Shown: positions 23,963 to 38,079, counted from the stretch's first letter. The stretch is DNA of 64,000 bases from Octopus vulgaris (GCA_951406725.2 OX597837.1:2790001-2854000), one strand, 5' to 3'. Notes: generated by a model not told the origin, from the letters alone. Numbers and translations are program-made.

Positions 23963-25494
23963 TGAAATCCATGTCACTGATATTTTTAGTAAATCATTCA
24001 TGCAAGAATTCATATCACTGTGATATCTGTGGTATTCCTCTGTCAGTAGCATCTCTGTATATACTCACCAACGCTTCGATACTGACAGGAAATTGTATCA
24101 CTGTGAAATCTGAGGTACATCATCATCATCGTTTAATGTCTGCTTTCCATGCTAGCATGGGTTGGACAATTTTGACTGAGGGCTGGCAAACCAGATGGCT
24201 GCACCAGGCTCCAGTCTTGATCTGGCAGAGTTTCTACAGCTGGATGCCCTTCCTAACGCCAACCACTCCGAGAGTGTAGTGGGTGCTTTTTATGTGCTAG
24301 TCAGGCGGTACTGGCAACGACCTTGCTCGAATCTTTTTACACATGCCACTGGCACCGGTACCAGTAAGGCGGCGGTGGTAATGATCACGCTCGAATGGTG
24401 CCTTTTACGTGCCACCGATACAGAAGCCAGTTAGCCATTCTGGCAACAATCATGCTCAGATGGTGCTCTTGGCACCCTACTAGCACGAGGCACAGGTGCC
24501 AGTAAGGCGACACTGGTAACGATCACACTCAAATGGTGCCTTTTATGTGCCACTGGCACGGAAGCCGGTTATTTTCTCAAAATAGTAATCTAACTACACA
24601 TAAGTATTGATTGAAAAAAATAAATCTATTTCTGGTAAACCATTCTCTATAACAAATGACTCCTCTTCTCAGCAACATACACTTTGTGAAGTTAGTGGCA
24701 AATGGACAGACATCAGCAGTCATGTCACCAGGGCGGCGAGCTGGCAGAAACGTTTGCACGCCGGGTGAAATGCTTAGCGGTATTTCGTCTGCGTTACATT
24801 GTGAGTTCAAATTCCGCCGAGGTTGACTTTGCCTTTCATCCTTTCGGGGTCGATAAATTAAGTACCAGTTACGCACTGGGGTCGATGTAATCGTCTTAAT
24901 ACCTATGTCTGTCCTTGTTTGTCCCCTCTGTGTTTAGCCCCTTGTGGGTAATAAAGAAATAGGTATATCCCCACCTCTAGTGCTGTCTCCACAATGTAAT
25001 CTATCCAGTAAGCTGAAATTGATTGTGGTAGGTAGGGCAGGAAGTCTTAAGAAGCATGCATGAAATGGAAGATATTAGTAAAATGTTCCTTCTGGCTCAT
25101 CTAATATATGAAATGGATTTGTTTGGTCTTTTTTTTTAATGGTAGTAATAAATGAATCAATAAAAAATATTGCATTGGTTATTGATCTCTCGAAAGATGT
25201 GTTTTATCGGAGGCTGTTTCCATATTTTTTTCTTTATAAAATTGTGTTTTGGATCAAATTGTTTCTCGTTTTTGTTTTATTTTATCGTGGTTACTCTTTT
25301 ACTTGTTTCAGTCATTTGAGTGTGGCCATGCTGGAGCACCGCCTTTAGTCAAGCAAATCGGCCCCAGGACTTATTCTTTGTAAGCCTAGTACTTATTCTA
25401 TTTGTCTCGTTTGCCGAACCGCTAAGTTACGGGGACGTAAACACATCAGCATCAGTTGTCAAGCGATGTTGGGGAGACAATCACAGACACACAA

Positions 25495-25533
<39 letters not shown>

Positions 25534-26062
25534 CATATATACGACAAGCTTCTTTCAGTTTCCGTCTACCAAATCCACTCACAAGGTTTTGGTCGGCCCG
25601 AGGCTATAGTAGAAGTCACTTGCCCAAGGTGCCACGCAGTTGGACTGAACCCGGAACCATGTGGTTGGTAAGCAAATTACTTAACTCACAGCCACTCCTG
25701 CGCCTGGTCGAAAAACTTTCACAAAAGTCATTTTGGTTATCCCATACTTTCTAATTTGTTCATACTGGGTTTTGCACATTCACTTCAAATCATCATCATA
25801 CTCGTTTAACATCCGTTTTCCATGCTAGCATGGGTTGGACGGTTCAGCCAGGGTCTGCACCAGGCTCCAGTCTGATCTGGCAGCCTGGATCTAAATATAA
25901 AGCTAACATATTTAGCCCCAGGTCAACTCTCATTGAGAAAAAAGTACGATTAAAAGCATTCCAGCTGTTTTCAGATTCAAATTTCAGCTGAAATTAAGAA
26001 AAGTTCAAATCAAAATGAATAAAATTTATGAGGCATTTTATTCAAACATGATACAATTCATA

Positions 26063-26421
26063 ATAAGAGCACTCAGAGAGCGCAAACTTCCTCTGCCAAG
26101 GCAACACCAACGTCCTCTCAACAATTAGCCAGAGATGATTTTTAAAACGAGAATATCTGAAATAATCTCGACTGCTCTTGCAAATACTAAAAATGAACCC
26201 GACCGCTCTCAAAAATTAAGTAAAAAACAGGAAAAATAATCCAGAATCCTTGTCCGGTACCGGATCGATCCCAAAATCTAATCAGTTCATGCCAGTCACG
26301 AGTGCAAACATTCCTGTAAGTTTCATCTGAATCCATCCAGCGGTTCTTGAGATATCTTGTCCACAGACAAACAAACAAACAATTGAAAACAATACCTCTG
26401 CCTTAGCAAAGGTGGAGCTAA
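26063..26421 (+). mobile_element. HINE/DINE-1-like (Helentron-associated) non-autonomous element
   Basis: aataagagcactcagagagc start, internal (acaa)n microsatellite, 3' hairpin cctctgcc..ggtggag. Confidence 0.55.
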
Positions 26422-29051
26422 TAAATACCATTTATGAGAAGAATCCAATGAAGAAAACGTTCAGCTTCACATCCTGGTATTTAAACCCTTCTACCTCAAG
26501 AAATGAATGCATTTGTATTCACTTTTCTGCTAGAGTTCCCTCTAAGATAAAATTAAGTTCCATTAGGGGTGGTAATAGACTGGCTATAGCCTTGTTAAAT
26601 ATCCCAATATTAGAACAATATCAGGGATCAAAATTTGGTCACATAGTGATATTGAAAATGAAAAATAGACTCAACTTTCACTAAATGATAAAATCAATCA
26701 TGTCTTACTTGTCTCAATAAATGTGTTTAGAATGTAGAGGGGTCTCAATGGAAGTTCAATGAATACAACTGGAGCCAATAGATTTAACCCTTTTGTTACC
26801 AACCCGGCTGAAATCGGCTCTGGCTCTGAGTATGAATGTCTTGTTTTCATAAGTTTTGAATTAAAATCTTCCACCAAACCTTAGCCACAATTTATGTTCC
26901 TACCACTAGCTGAATGATAACCAAGTCATTTTACGAAATTCTTTGTTATATTTAAAATTAATTGAAAGAAACACAAAGCATCTCAAAATAAATACAGTAA
27001 CGAAAGGGGTTAAAGAAGGAATTGTGATTTTCAAAGTTGTATTTATGCGATGTCTACTTTAACCAACATACATAGCTGTGTAGTGAAGACATCTGCTTCA
27101 TAACCAGGTAGATCTACTGTGTGGAATACTGTGTATGTGCTTTCTACTATAGCCCTGGGCTGACCAATGCCTGGTTATTGTATTTTAAAGGCAGAAACTG
27201 TTGAAAGTCTGTTGTGCATATACATGTGAGTTATACTTAATGTTTTGTCACTGCTTCAGTAACATGATGATGATGTTGATATTTTGGTTGGTTGCTCTGC
27301 ACCTTTGAAGACCTGGAATAAAAAAATCTCTTAATTGAAACATAATAAATATTGATGACATGAAGAGCTTCCAGTCATAATATCTGTTTCAAATCCATGC
27401 TTGTATAATTTGTCTAATCCATGCTAGTATTTAACCCTTTCGATACCTACCTGCCTGAAACCACTTCTGACTCTATAGTACAAATGTCTTGTTTACAAAA
27501 GTTCTGAATTAAAATCTGCCACCAAATCTTAGTCACAATTTATGTTCCTAACACTAGCTAAATGATAACTAAATTATTTTACTAAATTCATTGTTATATT
27601 TAAGATAATTGAAAGAACTACAGAGCACCTCAAAGTAAATACGGTAACGAAAGGGTTAAAAACAAATGTTAATTAAATGATTGAAAAACTAATTTTAGTC
27701 AATAGATATGCCTTTGTACATAGTGATGTCTGAGTTGAAAGTTGGTGATAAAATAGAGAGAACTGCCAAAGAGTTAAGTGAAGAATTTAGGACAGACGTA
27801 AGTATTCATCAAGGTTTGGTTCTGAGCCTGATTGTTTTTAAAATATTGCAAGTCATAACTGGAATTTATAACTGGGTGTTTGTGAGAGCTTGCATATACA
27901 ACAGTGACTGTGGAGGATTTGTGGTGGAAATTGTAGTTGTGATACCAGTGCCAGTAGCACGTAAAAGAACTATCCAAACTTGGCCGTTGCCAGCACCGCC
28001 CCGACTGGCCTCCGTGCTGGTGGCATGTAAAAAGCACCAACCGATCGTGGCCGTTGCCAGCCTTGCCAGGCACCTGTGCCAATGGCATGTAAAAGGCACC
28101 CACTACACTCACGGAGTGGTTGGCGTTAGGAAGGGCATCCAGCTGTAGAAACATTGCCAGATCAGACTGGGCCTGGCGCAGCCTCCTGGCTTCCCAGACC
28201 CCAGTCGAACCGTCCAACCCATGCTAGCATGGAAAACGGATGTTAAACGATGAAGATGATATCATCGGGGAAAATGGTCATGCTTTTAGGCAGGAAAGTA
28301 GTCGGTAGAAATTCCATACAATATACTCTGTGATTTGTGGATGCTCAAGAGATGTAGTGATATATGGAGCAGAGTGGTAATTCAATAATTTGTGGCAGTT
28401 GCAGAGAAGTAGCCTGCAGTCAGGGCACCAGTAAAATATATTCTTTGAAATGCTGAGAGAGCTCTACAGAAATAACTAATTGCTCATTACCAAGATGACC
28501 AAATCAGATAGATTGTATGATGCTTATATAAACACCTCAGTGATACATGGTTGATATGTGGGAGCTGAATACAGGGAATGTGTGAAGGTTAAAAACCTGA
28601 GACCAGCATGATTCACAAGTTGTGTATTTGTGTGCATGAAGGATAAGGCATAAATGAACAGTGAAAAACATAAGTAGAGATGTGTTAGGGACATTAACCC
28701 TTTTGATACCAATCTAGCCAAAACTGCCACTGGCTCTCAGGTACAAATGTCTTATTTTCATAAATTTTGAATTAAAATCTTCCACCAAACCTTAGTCACA
28801 ATTTATGTTCCTAACACTTGTTTAGTGATAACTCTCTCTCTTTTACTTGTTTCAGTCGTGACTGTGGCCATGCTAGTGTGCCGCCTTTAGTCGAGCATTT
28901 TTATGGAATATGTAAATGTTACCTGCTAATCTTGTTTTTTAAACTCTATTTTGTAGTGTGTGTGTTATGATTTCCTTAAAAATCCATAGTGTGCTTACGA
29001 GAGTGTTGTACTAAGTATGGACACTGTAATGTACCAAGTGATCAGCGAAAT

Positions 29052-29462
29052 GGATCTTTTCGGTTTGAACGGCAGTTTTTTCTAGCGGTGCCATATGAAA
29101 TTATCACCCATAATTATCGATCTATTGCATTTCAATGTTTTAGGGTTAGGGTTAGGGTTAGGGATGGGGGGAAGGGTATCTTTTTTTTTCTTCAGGAATT
29201 TAAATAAACACAATCTGTTTCTTAAACGAGGGACATAGTCATACGGCACAGAATGTTTGTTTTTTTTTACCTCAATAGACGTCATTGATTGGTTGAAATT
29301 GAAGAAAAAAAACAACAAATATCTTACAAACTATAGAATTTTCTCAATAGAGCCAAGAGAAAAAGATGTTTTATAAACACATTCTACCAGTATACGAAGT
29401 TTAAAATTTTTTAGTTACGTGGAAATTATTTTTAAAAACTGCCGTTCAAACCGAAAAGATCC
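29052..29462. mobile_element. ~410-bp MITE with internal (TTAGGG)n
   Basis: TIRs as at 7744; gggttagggttagggttaggg at 29143-29163. Confidence 0.85.
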
Positions 29463-29619
29463 ACTGTTTCTATATTTTTTTCTTTATAAAATTTCGTCAA
29501 CTGTTTTCCTCTACTGTATAATACCCTATTAATATTCTATGACTGACAAGGGCTTTTTTTTTTTTTCAAAATGTGTTAATAACATAACGATTGTTCCTTA
29601 AAATACGGTTTTCTAAATA

Positions 29620-29820
29620 TATTTCATACCGAAACTGCGGCTAAAGCCCTACAATCGGCTTCTCTTGTTCCATGTGATAAGATAGAAAGAGACGGAGCTC
29701 CGTGAACGTTGTTAAACCATTTATTAAACCTCGAGCGAACAATGGAATATTTGCTGAGGTAAATTAAGCGAAAAAGAAACACAAAACGATTTACTGTTTA
29801 CGTCTCGAAACGGTAAGTTG
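29620..29820 (+). promoter_or_regulatory. Putative promoter/non-coding exon 1 of ZNF gene 3; donor at 29813
   Basis: ataccgaaactgcggctaaag (closest to the ZNF1 version) and gaaacg|gtaagttg. Confidence 0.6.
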
Positions 29821-30006
29821 AGCAACATTCGTTTTGATATTGAAATTTTTATATATAATAAAACGTCAGTCAGGCTGAGAGAGGGCACTGAAGCAACAAA
29901 GGGAGTGCGAGAGGCTGAATGCAGACGAATCTGTAGTTTGCGGTTTCGCTCTGCAGTCGAATTTTCTTTTATTATTGTAAATTACATATAATTTATCAAT
30001 CCCCGC

Positions 30007-30069
<63 letters not shown>

Positions 30070-30072
<3 letters not shown>

Positions 30073-30200
30073 CTTAATAATTAGGGTTCAGCAAAGATTT
30101 GCTTTACCACATACCGAAGTTTAGAAATAGCAGCCAAAAAACGTTAGCTATTTCGGTATGTGGTAAAGCAAATCTTTGCTGAACCCTAATTATTAAGTAT
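30070..30200. repeat. Inverted repeat (~49-bp arms) inside (TA)n, probable Penelope-like remnant
   Basis: 30070-30118 is the reverse complement of 30152-30200. Confidence 0.65.
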
Positions 30201-30876
30201 TACCTAAGTTTACCATGAAATGGTCCTTTTTTCATGCCGAATTCTACTTGGTGAAATTATTGATTACTTCTTAATTAATTAATTTTACCCTTTGTTATTA
30301 TTATATATATATATATATACCCACGAGGGGCTAAACACAGAGAGGACAGACAAACGGATTAAGTCGATTATATCGACTCCAGTGCGTAACTGGTATTTAA
30401 TCGACCCCAAAAGGATGAAAGGCAAAGTCGATCTTGGCGGAATTTGAACTCAGAACGCAACGGCAAATGAAATACCGCGAAGCATTTAGCCCGGCGTGCT
30501 AACGTTTCTGCCAGCTCGCCGCCTTCAAAATACATAAGCTTCTGATCATTTGTATCATGTAATTTAAATAACAACTTAAATGTAAAGTTCAATTGTTGAG
30601 GTAAAAGCTTATGTCACTTGTTTATTTACATAGAATTGTTGTCAAATTTCTCCCATTGAATTTCATCTCTACTTCTTCAATATCTTATACTATTTCCCTA
30701 TCATTTCAGAGTGTCTGACGACATTGGCATTGAAGATATATCATCGATGTTTATCGACGTTCACAGACAGAAGGAAGATTTTATACAGGAGATCTACATT
30801 TTCGTTTCTATAAATTTATCTTCAAGTTTCTGAGAGTCATTCTTCTGAGTGAAACATTTCTCTTCATTGTATAGAC

Positions 30877-31077
30877 CAGTGGTTTTCAACCAGGGTTCCG
30901 CCTGTACAGTCCAGGGGTTCCGCATGAAGTTACAAAACTGCTAAAATCGACAGTAATTTTTAATTCTCCTGTGCAGATATGTGTGTATATGACTATTAAA
31001 TTATTGCACAGGGGTTCCTCGAGCCAGTGGAATGTTTCCTTGGGGTTCCGCTCCAGCAAAAAGTTTGAAAAGCACTT
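30877..31077. mobile_element. hAT-like MITE inserted in the putative 5' UTR of ZNF3
   Basis: cagtggttttcaac..tttgaaaagcact; 8-bp TSD gtataga(c/a); second copy at 60599-60799 with TSD (t/c)tttatat. Confidence 0.75.
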
Positions 31078-31246
31078 GTATAGAACATGTATGAAATGAA
31101 TTTTGTATTGCAATTAAATTTGGACATACTTACAAAGCAGTTTGGTACCCATTGTAATATTTGATGAAAATATTGCAACAGTAGTATTAAATAAATTCAG
31201 GAAAAAATATATATTATTGTTGTGAGATAAGAAATCTCATTGAAGA

Positions 31247-32494
31247 ATGGATTCTCCTGAAGACTTGCCAAAGGAGGTGAGAAAATCACATCCCTGTGAT
31301 ATCTGTCAAAAGACATTTTCTCTAAAAAGTAGTCTTACTAATCATAAAATTATTCACTCAGGAGAGAAACCACATAACTGTGATATCTGTGGTAAATCTT
31401 TCCCACGGTTACAAACCTTAATGACTCATAAACGCATCCACTCTGGTGAAAAGCCTTATGAATGTGATATCTGTGGTAAATCATTCACTGTAAAAGGCAC
31501 CTTAACTGAACATAGGCATATACATATGGGAAAGAAACCGCATAACTGTGATATCTGCAGTAAATCATTCTCTCGAATGCATAACTTGAATATTCACAAA
31601 CGCATCCATACAGGGGAACGACCGCATAGATGTACTATCTGTGGTAACTCGTTCTCTCTAAGAAGTCACTTAGCTCTTCATGTACGCACTCATACAGGTG
31701 AAAGACCATTTCACTGTGATATCTGTGGTAAATCATTCTCTCAGAATCATAGCCTAACTCGCCACATACGTACTCATACAGGTGAGAAGCCATATCAGTG
31801 TAACGTTTGTGGTGAATCATTCTCTGACAGAGGTAACTTAGCTAAACACAAATACATTCATACAGGAGAGAAATCATATCGCTGTGATATCTGTGGAAAG
31901 TCATTCTTTCAAAAAGTCCATTTGCTTTCTCACAAACGTATTCATACCGGAGAGAAGCCATATCACTGTGATGTTTGCGGTAAATCATTCTCTCATGGGA
32001 ATGCCTTAAATACTCACAAACGTATTCACACAGGAGAGAAACCATATCAGTGTGACATCTGTGGTAAATCATTCAGCGGTGGTGGTCCATTAACTGTTCA
32101 CAAACGAATTCATACAGGGGAAAAACCATATCAGTGTGATATTTGCAGTAAGCCATTCTCTAAAACAAGTCTTTTGATGGGACACAGAAGACGCATTCAT
32201 ACAAAGGAGAAACCATATCAGTGTGATATCTGTGGTAAATCATTCTCTGACAGAAGAGGTTTAACTGTTCACAAGCGTATTCACACGGGAGAGGAGCCGT
32301 ACCATTGCGGTACCTGTGGTAAATCGTTTTCTCAAAGTTCCGGCCTAATTAAGCATGTACGTATTCATACAGGTGAGAAGCCATATCACTGTAATATCTG
32401 TGGTAAGTCATTCTCTGGAAGTAGTTCCTTAACTACTCACAAATATAGTCACATGAGAAAGAAACCGAATCACTGCAACAGATCAGTTAAATAA
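31247..32494 (+). CDS. C2H2 zinc-finger protein 3 (14 fingers)
   Basis: 415-aa tandem C2H2 ORF; acceptor tttcag ending at 30709. Confidence 0.95.
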   Translation: MDSPEDLPKEVRKSHPCDICQKTFSLKSSLTNHKIIHSGEKPHNCDICGKSFPRLQTLMTHKRIHSGEKPYECDICGKSFTVKGTLTEHRHIHMGKKPHNCDICSKSFSRMHNLNIHKRIHTGERPHRCTICGNSFSLRSHLALHVRTHTGERPFHCDICGKSFSQNHSLTRHIRTHTGEKPYQCNVCGESFSDRGNLAKHKYIHTGEKSYRCDICGKSFFQKVHLLSHKRIHTGEKPYHCDVCGKSFSHGNALNTHKRIHTGEKPYQCDICGKSFSGGGPLTVHKRIHTGEKPYQCDICSKPFSKTSLLMGHRRRIHTKEKPYQCDICGKSFSDRRGLTVHKRIHTGEEPYHCGTCGKSFSQSSGLIKHVRIHTGEKPYHCNICGKSFSGSSSLTTHKYSHMRKKPNHCNRSVK

Positions 32495-33189
32495 ACACAA
32501 ATACATTCATACAGGACAATAGCCGTGCCACCATGATGCCTGTTATAAATCCTTCTATCAAACCAGTCATTTGACTATTTTCAGATGTTTACGTACAGAA
32601 GAGAAAACCCTGTCAGAATGATATTTGTTGTAAATCTTACAAAATAGTGATATCATCATCATCATCGTTTAACGTCTGTTTTCCATGCTAGCATGGGTTG
32701 GACTGTTCAACTGGGGTCTGGGAAGCCAGTAGGCTGCGCCAGGCCCAGTCTGATCTGGCAGTGTTTCTACAGCTGGATGCCCTTCCTAACGCCAACCACT
32801 CCATGAGTGTAGTGGGTGCTTTTTATGTGCCACTGGCACGGGGGCCAGACAAGGCTGGCAAACGGCCACAATCAGATGGTGCTTTTTACGTACCACTGGC
32901 ACGGGAGCCAGACAAGGCTGGCAAACGGCCACGATCAGATGGTGCTTTTTATGTGCCACTGGCACGGAGGCCAGTCGGGGCGGTGCTGGCAACGACCACG
33001 TTCGGATGGTTCTCTTATGTGCCACCGGCACTGGTATCACAGCTACAATTTAGATATAAGTAAGCTTAATCACATAGAGGCAGGAGAAAAACCATATCAC
33101 TGTAATATCTGTATTGTATCATTCTGTGTTAGAAGTGCTGTAACTACTCACAAATGCATTGATACAGGAAGAAAACCATATAATAATTA

Positions 33190-33550
33190 CGTTTATATAT
33201 TTGTTTTGCAAGATTTTTGATGTGAAATCGTGTGTTGAAACATGTTGTATTTAGGAATGGTCATTTTGCCAGTTTAGCCAATAAAAACATGCACTATATA
33301 TTTGGTGTTACTTTGCTTCAGTGTTATTCATTTTTTACGACCGTTAGTAAGGAGAGACACACAAATAAGAAAGAAGAAAGCAAAGAACCACTGATGAGGT
33401 CACAGGAGTGTGACGAAAGAACTCTGGCCAAAATAAGATTAAGATTAATGTAAAAAATGTATAACGCTGAAGCAAAGTAACACCAAATATATAGTGCGTG
33501 TGGGTTTGTTTTTGGCTAAACTGGCAACATGACCATTCCGAAATACAACA
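33190..33550. mobile_element. Penelope-like inverted pseudo-LTR remnant in the ZNF3 3' region
   Basis: 33243-33338 is an imperfect reverse complement of 33450-33550; hammerhead in the loop; left flank shared with the element at ~40660. Confidence 0.7.
33388..33427 (+). ncRNA. Minimal type-I hammerhead ribozyme
   Basis: cca-CTGATGA-g-gtcaca ggag tgtgac-GAAA-gaac-TC-tgg. Confidence 0.65.
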
Positions 33551-33823
33551 ACATATGAATAAAGCCTGTGGAAAACCATTTTCTGAAAGCAACCAATTAA
33601 ACTAAACACAGATGTACTCATTTCAAAGGAAAGTTATATCACAATATCTATGACAAATCATTCTCTGTAACAAACGATTCATATTGGAATATACACTCTG
33701 TGAACTAAGTGGCAAATAAACAGAAACATCAGCACTCTAATGATGTCAGAGGCATGACAACCTCCCTTGTGCTGGCTGCACAATAAAATATATCTTGTAC
33801 AATGTGAAATTGATGCTGACAAA

Positions 33824-34316
33824 TCTATATATATAAAACTCAACTTGTGTGTCTGTGTGTGTATCTGTGTGTAACTTTTGGATCTACCAAGTTTCATTAT
33901 TAAGGATGGAAAGTAGTGTGTAGCAAATCTATATATATAAAGCTGAAGTTGTTTGTGTATAGCAGGTTTGGTAACCTTCAACTAACACTATCTCCTTCGA
34001 GACCCTGCAGCGCAAGTTGACCAAAATTGAGAGTATGATAGAAGAAGGCTTGCTCTTCATTCTGTAGAAGATAAAATTCAAATCGGACCATGTTAACACC
34101 AAAAATTATTTATATCAAAAAGGTGCTTTTTTTCTATGAAAATCCCTATTTGTTACGATTTTTGACTGCTGTGTCACCATTTTTCGGTGTATTTCAACTG
34201 GAAAAATGTTCACTTGAAGAGAATAACAAGTTGCATAATGCAAAATTTTTACTTTAAAAAAATTCCAATTCTAAAGGGTCGAAACAAACCCAAGCAACAC
34301 CGGGTGATACTGCTAG
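33824..34316 (+). mobile_element. Non-autonomous Helitron-like element (duplicated 5' TC heads)
   Basis: a|TCtatatatataaa at 33824 and 33928; 3' hairpin cccaagcaacaccggg and CTAG|t end. Confidence 0.7.
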
Positions 34317-35199
34317 TACTACAATAAAATGGAAATCGGAAGTGAAGTACTTTTCTTGACTCATCTAAGACATGGAATAGAGCTTTACTGTTTGCTATGG
34401 AAGTAATAATAAATTCATTAAATATATTGCATTGTATTGGTTATTAATTAATTAGGGATTATGAAAAGGAATTGTGTTTTAGCAGGACCGAATTGTTGTT
34501 CATTTTTTGGTTGCCTATTTTATTGCATTTGATGAAATTTTTTGATAACTTGTTTTAATTATCCTTCGCCTTGCAATTGGATTCATTCTGTGTTTTGCAC
34601 ATATGCTTACTCCAGCTTAAATAGAGTTAACACATCCATCTTCTGGTCAGCTCTAATTGAGAAAAAAATAAGATGAAGAGTAGGCCAGCTTTTTCCAAAC
34701 TGAAATTTAGAAAAGGTGCAGGGGTGGTTGTGTGGTAAGTAGCTTGCTTACCAACCACATGGTTCCAGGTTCAGTCCCACTGCGTGGCACCTTGGGCAAG
34801 TGTCTTCTACTATAGCCTCGGGCCGACTAAAGCCTTGTGAGTGGATTTGGTAGACGGAAACTGAAAGAAGCCTGTCGTATATATGTGTGTATATATATAT
34901 ATATGTATGTATGTGTGTGTATGTTTGTGTCTGTGTTTGTCCCCCCCAACATCGCTTGGCAACCGATGCTGGTGTGTTTGCATCCCCATATGTGTTTCAG
35001 TCTGTATGAATGTGCTGTTTACACACACACTCAAGCATATGTTTATATATATATTGGGTCGTCCTATAAACAATGTGTTTTTTTTTATACTTCCTTTATT
35101 TTCCAAATTACAATAAACAGAATTCCTTTTAATCTAAAATATACTCTCCTTCATTTTCTACAATGCCTTTCCACCTCTCTAGTAGACTTGCAGGGCCCC

Positions 35200-36490
35200 T
35201 CTTCTAAAATTCACTTGTCTGTGATGATAAATACTCCTCCAGTACTGTTCTGACCCCATCTACAGAATTCATATATTTTCCGTTCAAATAATTTTGAAAA
35301 GGTCACACATGTCATTCCACAGCTTTGAGGTGAATTGTGGACCCTGATCAGATGAGATGCTATCTGGGACACCGAAACAGGTGACCCAGTTTGTGATGAA
35401 ACCTCGGCCGACTTCTTGTGTTTCTGTACTGCGGAGGGGGATAGCTTCAGGCAAACGGGTGCAGCGGTCTATCAAGGTTAGTAGAAATGAGCAACCCTGT
35501 GAAGGTGGTAGGGGGCTGAATCGGGCCTGAGGTGGTTCATTGTTGCCAAGGGGTACTTTGGTGTGTTGATGGATCTTGGCTTGTTGACAGGAGATGAAGG
35601 ACCTGGTCCAGTCCCCAATTTGCTTGGTCATACCATTCCAGATAAATTTGCTTGACAGCAGCCGCCGTGTGGCTTTTGTACCTGGGTGGAAAAGTCTGTG
35701 GATGATGTGGAAAACTTTATTGCGCCAGGCTGATGGGACGATCGGTCATGGCTTGCCAGTGGATACATCACACAGTAGTGTTGTGCCGTTAGAGCCAAAG
35801 TAGTGTACATCCTGCAAAGAAAGTGATGTGATGGCAGAGCGGTAGGCCCTGATCTCGTCATCTGTCTGTTGGTTTGCAGCCATAGCTTCGTAATCCAAGC
35901 CTTCCGTTATTGGTGCTAGGTAGGTATGAGAGTGGATAGGAGCACAAGAGAGTACATCAGCAACTGGGTTGGATGTCTGAGTTGTACTCAGAAATTGCCA
36001 ATAGCTGTCATTGTTGGAGTACAGACCAAGGCTCAGAGAGCTTGCTCAAAGCAAAGGTGAGTGGTTTGTGATCTGTGAATACTGTAAATGGGCAGCTTTC
36101 AAGGAAATACCAAAAGTAGTGGACAGCCAGTAGATCCCTGTCGAAAGCACTGTATTTCTGTTCAGGGGATCGTAGTTGTCCACTGAAGAAGGCAAGTGGT
36201 CGCCACTGACTGTTGATATATTAGTCCAAAACGCCCCCAATAGCTGTGTCGGATGCATCAACTGTGAGTGCAGTCCAAGCTGACATGCGAGGATGTGACA
36301 GCATGGTTGCTTGGGCCAGGGCTTGTTTTGTGTATTCGAAGGCTGAAGTCATTTTACTGTCCCATTCCACCTGTCTTTTTGAATCCTCTTTTGATAGTGC
36401 CTTGAATAGGAGTCTCAACACTTTTGCTGCAGAAGGGATGAAGCGATGGTAAAAGTTTACTATGCCCACGAAATGATGTATGTGCATTTA
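35200..36490 (-). mobile_element. Gypsy LTR-retrotransposon pol fragment (RT end, RNase H, integrase), pseudogenised
   Basis: FVGIVNFYHRFIP..LTVDASDTAIGGVL (RNase H); C..CQQAK..H, LLTLIDR.TR.PEAIP, ISSDQGPQFTS (integrase). Confidence 0.9.
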
Positions 36491-36831
36491 TAAAAATAAG
36501 GAATGATTGTCATACTTTTGAACAGTGGTTATCCAACTTTCGTCAATAAGCATCTTCCATTGAAAAATAGCACTCACAGCATGTGTGACAATAACATTAG
36601 ACGATAGAGGCAGGGAAAAAACGGTAATTATTTGATGAAACCGAAACTAATTTTGTCCACTGGTTTCTTAGCATTTCTACCTACGACTAATGTGTTTTAT
36701 TCATATTCTAAAAATCAGAGAGATGTCTTTTTGAAAATGTTTATAAAACTCTGATGGAAACATCCCGTACCCCGACTGGGAGCTGACATCTCCAACTGGA
36801 CATTACCATTCAGGTTATAATATTTGACATC

Positions 36832-37230
36832 TGGCAGAGACGGTAGGGCGCCGGGCGAAATGCTTAGCGGTATTTCGTCTGCCGCCACGTTCTGAGTTCA
36901 AATTCCGCCGAGGTCGACTTTTCCTTTCATCCTTTCGGGGTCGACTAAATAAGTACCAGTTACGCACTGGGATCGATATAATCGAGTTAATCCGTTTGTC
37001 TGTCCTTGTTTGTCTCCTCCGTGTTTAGCCCCTTGTGGGTAGTAAAGAAATAGAAATAGGTATTTCGTCTGCAGTTACGTTCTGAGTTCAGATTCCGCCG
37101 AGGTCGACTTTGCCTTTCATCCTTTCAGGGTCGATAAATTAAGTACCAGTTGTGTACTGAGGTCGATCTAATCGTCTGGCCGGCCCCCTCCCCCAAAATT
37201 TCGGGCCTTGTGCTTAGAGCAGAAAAGAAC
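36832..37230 (+). mobile_element. Dimeric SINE A inserted into the conserved ZNF4 promoter motif
   Basis: TSD atttgacatc at 36822-36831 and 37231-37240. Confidence 0.8.
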
Positions 37231-37825
37231 ATTTGACATCGAAAGTTCGGCTGGAAAGATAGAGCCAGCTTCACTTGTTTGTTCATGGTGATAAGTTAGG
37301 ATTCTATGGAAGAAATTAGACGATATTTGAATATTGGATGCTGACAGTTCGGGTGCATCTCGGATGTAACTTAGTTGGACGGCCGACACTGAGAGGTAGG
37401 TGGATTGCTCTTTATTCCTCATATTACAGTTCCCCATACCACAGTATATTCAAAGTAACGTTTGATGCTATGTGTTCTACAAATACCCTCCTCCACCAAT
37501 TTCTGTTTATAATTAAGAATTATTGGAAAGCCTGGGAGTCGTTGCTGGGATTTATCCAATTATTTTAAAAGCGTATGTAAAATATAAGTTATTTTAATAA
37601 CATGCTTCAGTATACCTATGCTTGTTTGTTTGTAAATGCTTTTTTTCTTATACACTCACACATTCACTAATTTGATGGGAGAGAAGGACCACCTTTCCAT
37701 AAAATTTGTTTATGAGTAGAAAAATATTGAAAAACATGAATACACGTCAAAGTGATAAAGAATTGAGGAAGGTATCAGGAAGATCGTAGGATGAGCTAGA
37801 AACAACAGTTAAATCTCCTTTAAAT

Positions 37826-38079
37826 GGTCAATATATATTGACCGAAATTTCTTCATAATTTGTGCCATTTGAACGGTATTTCTATAAAATTTCATCAATA
37901 TATATCCATTTTCCTGAAAGTTTTGAGGGAAAAATCGGATCTTGTGAATTTTCCGAAAGTCTCCCACCTCCACGTTCGTTTGCGCAATTTTTTTTTTTTC
38001 ATATTCGTTCCCTACACGCTTTTTTACACCAAGTAGGCTTTTGTCTTTTTTCGTTAGGGTATTAAACTTTTTACTGACC
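37826..38079. mobile_element. Merlin-related MITE
   Basis: GG..CC ends, TSD ctttaaat (37818-37825, 38080-38087); internal similarity to the subterminal region of the Merlin element at 47800-47890. Confidence 0.7.

Noticed and set aside
29141-29163. TTAGGG repeats as an interstitial telomere
   Set aside because: Only 3-4 units, inside a MITE, at a position shared by other copies
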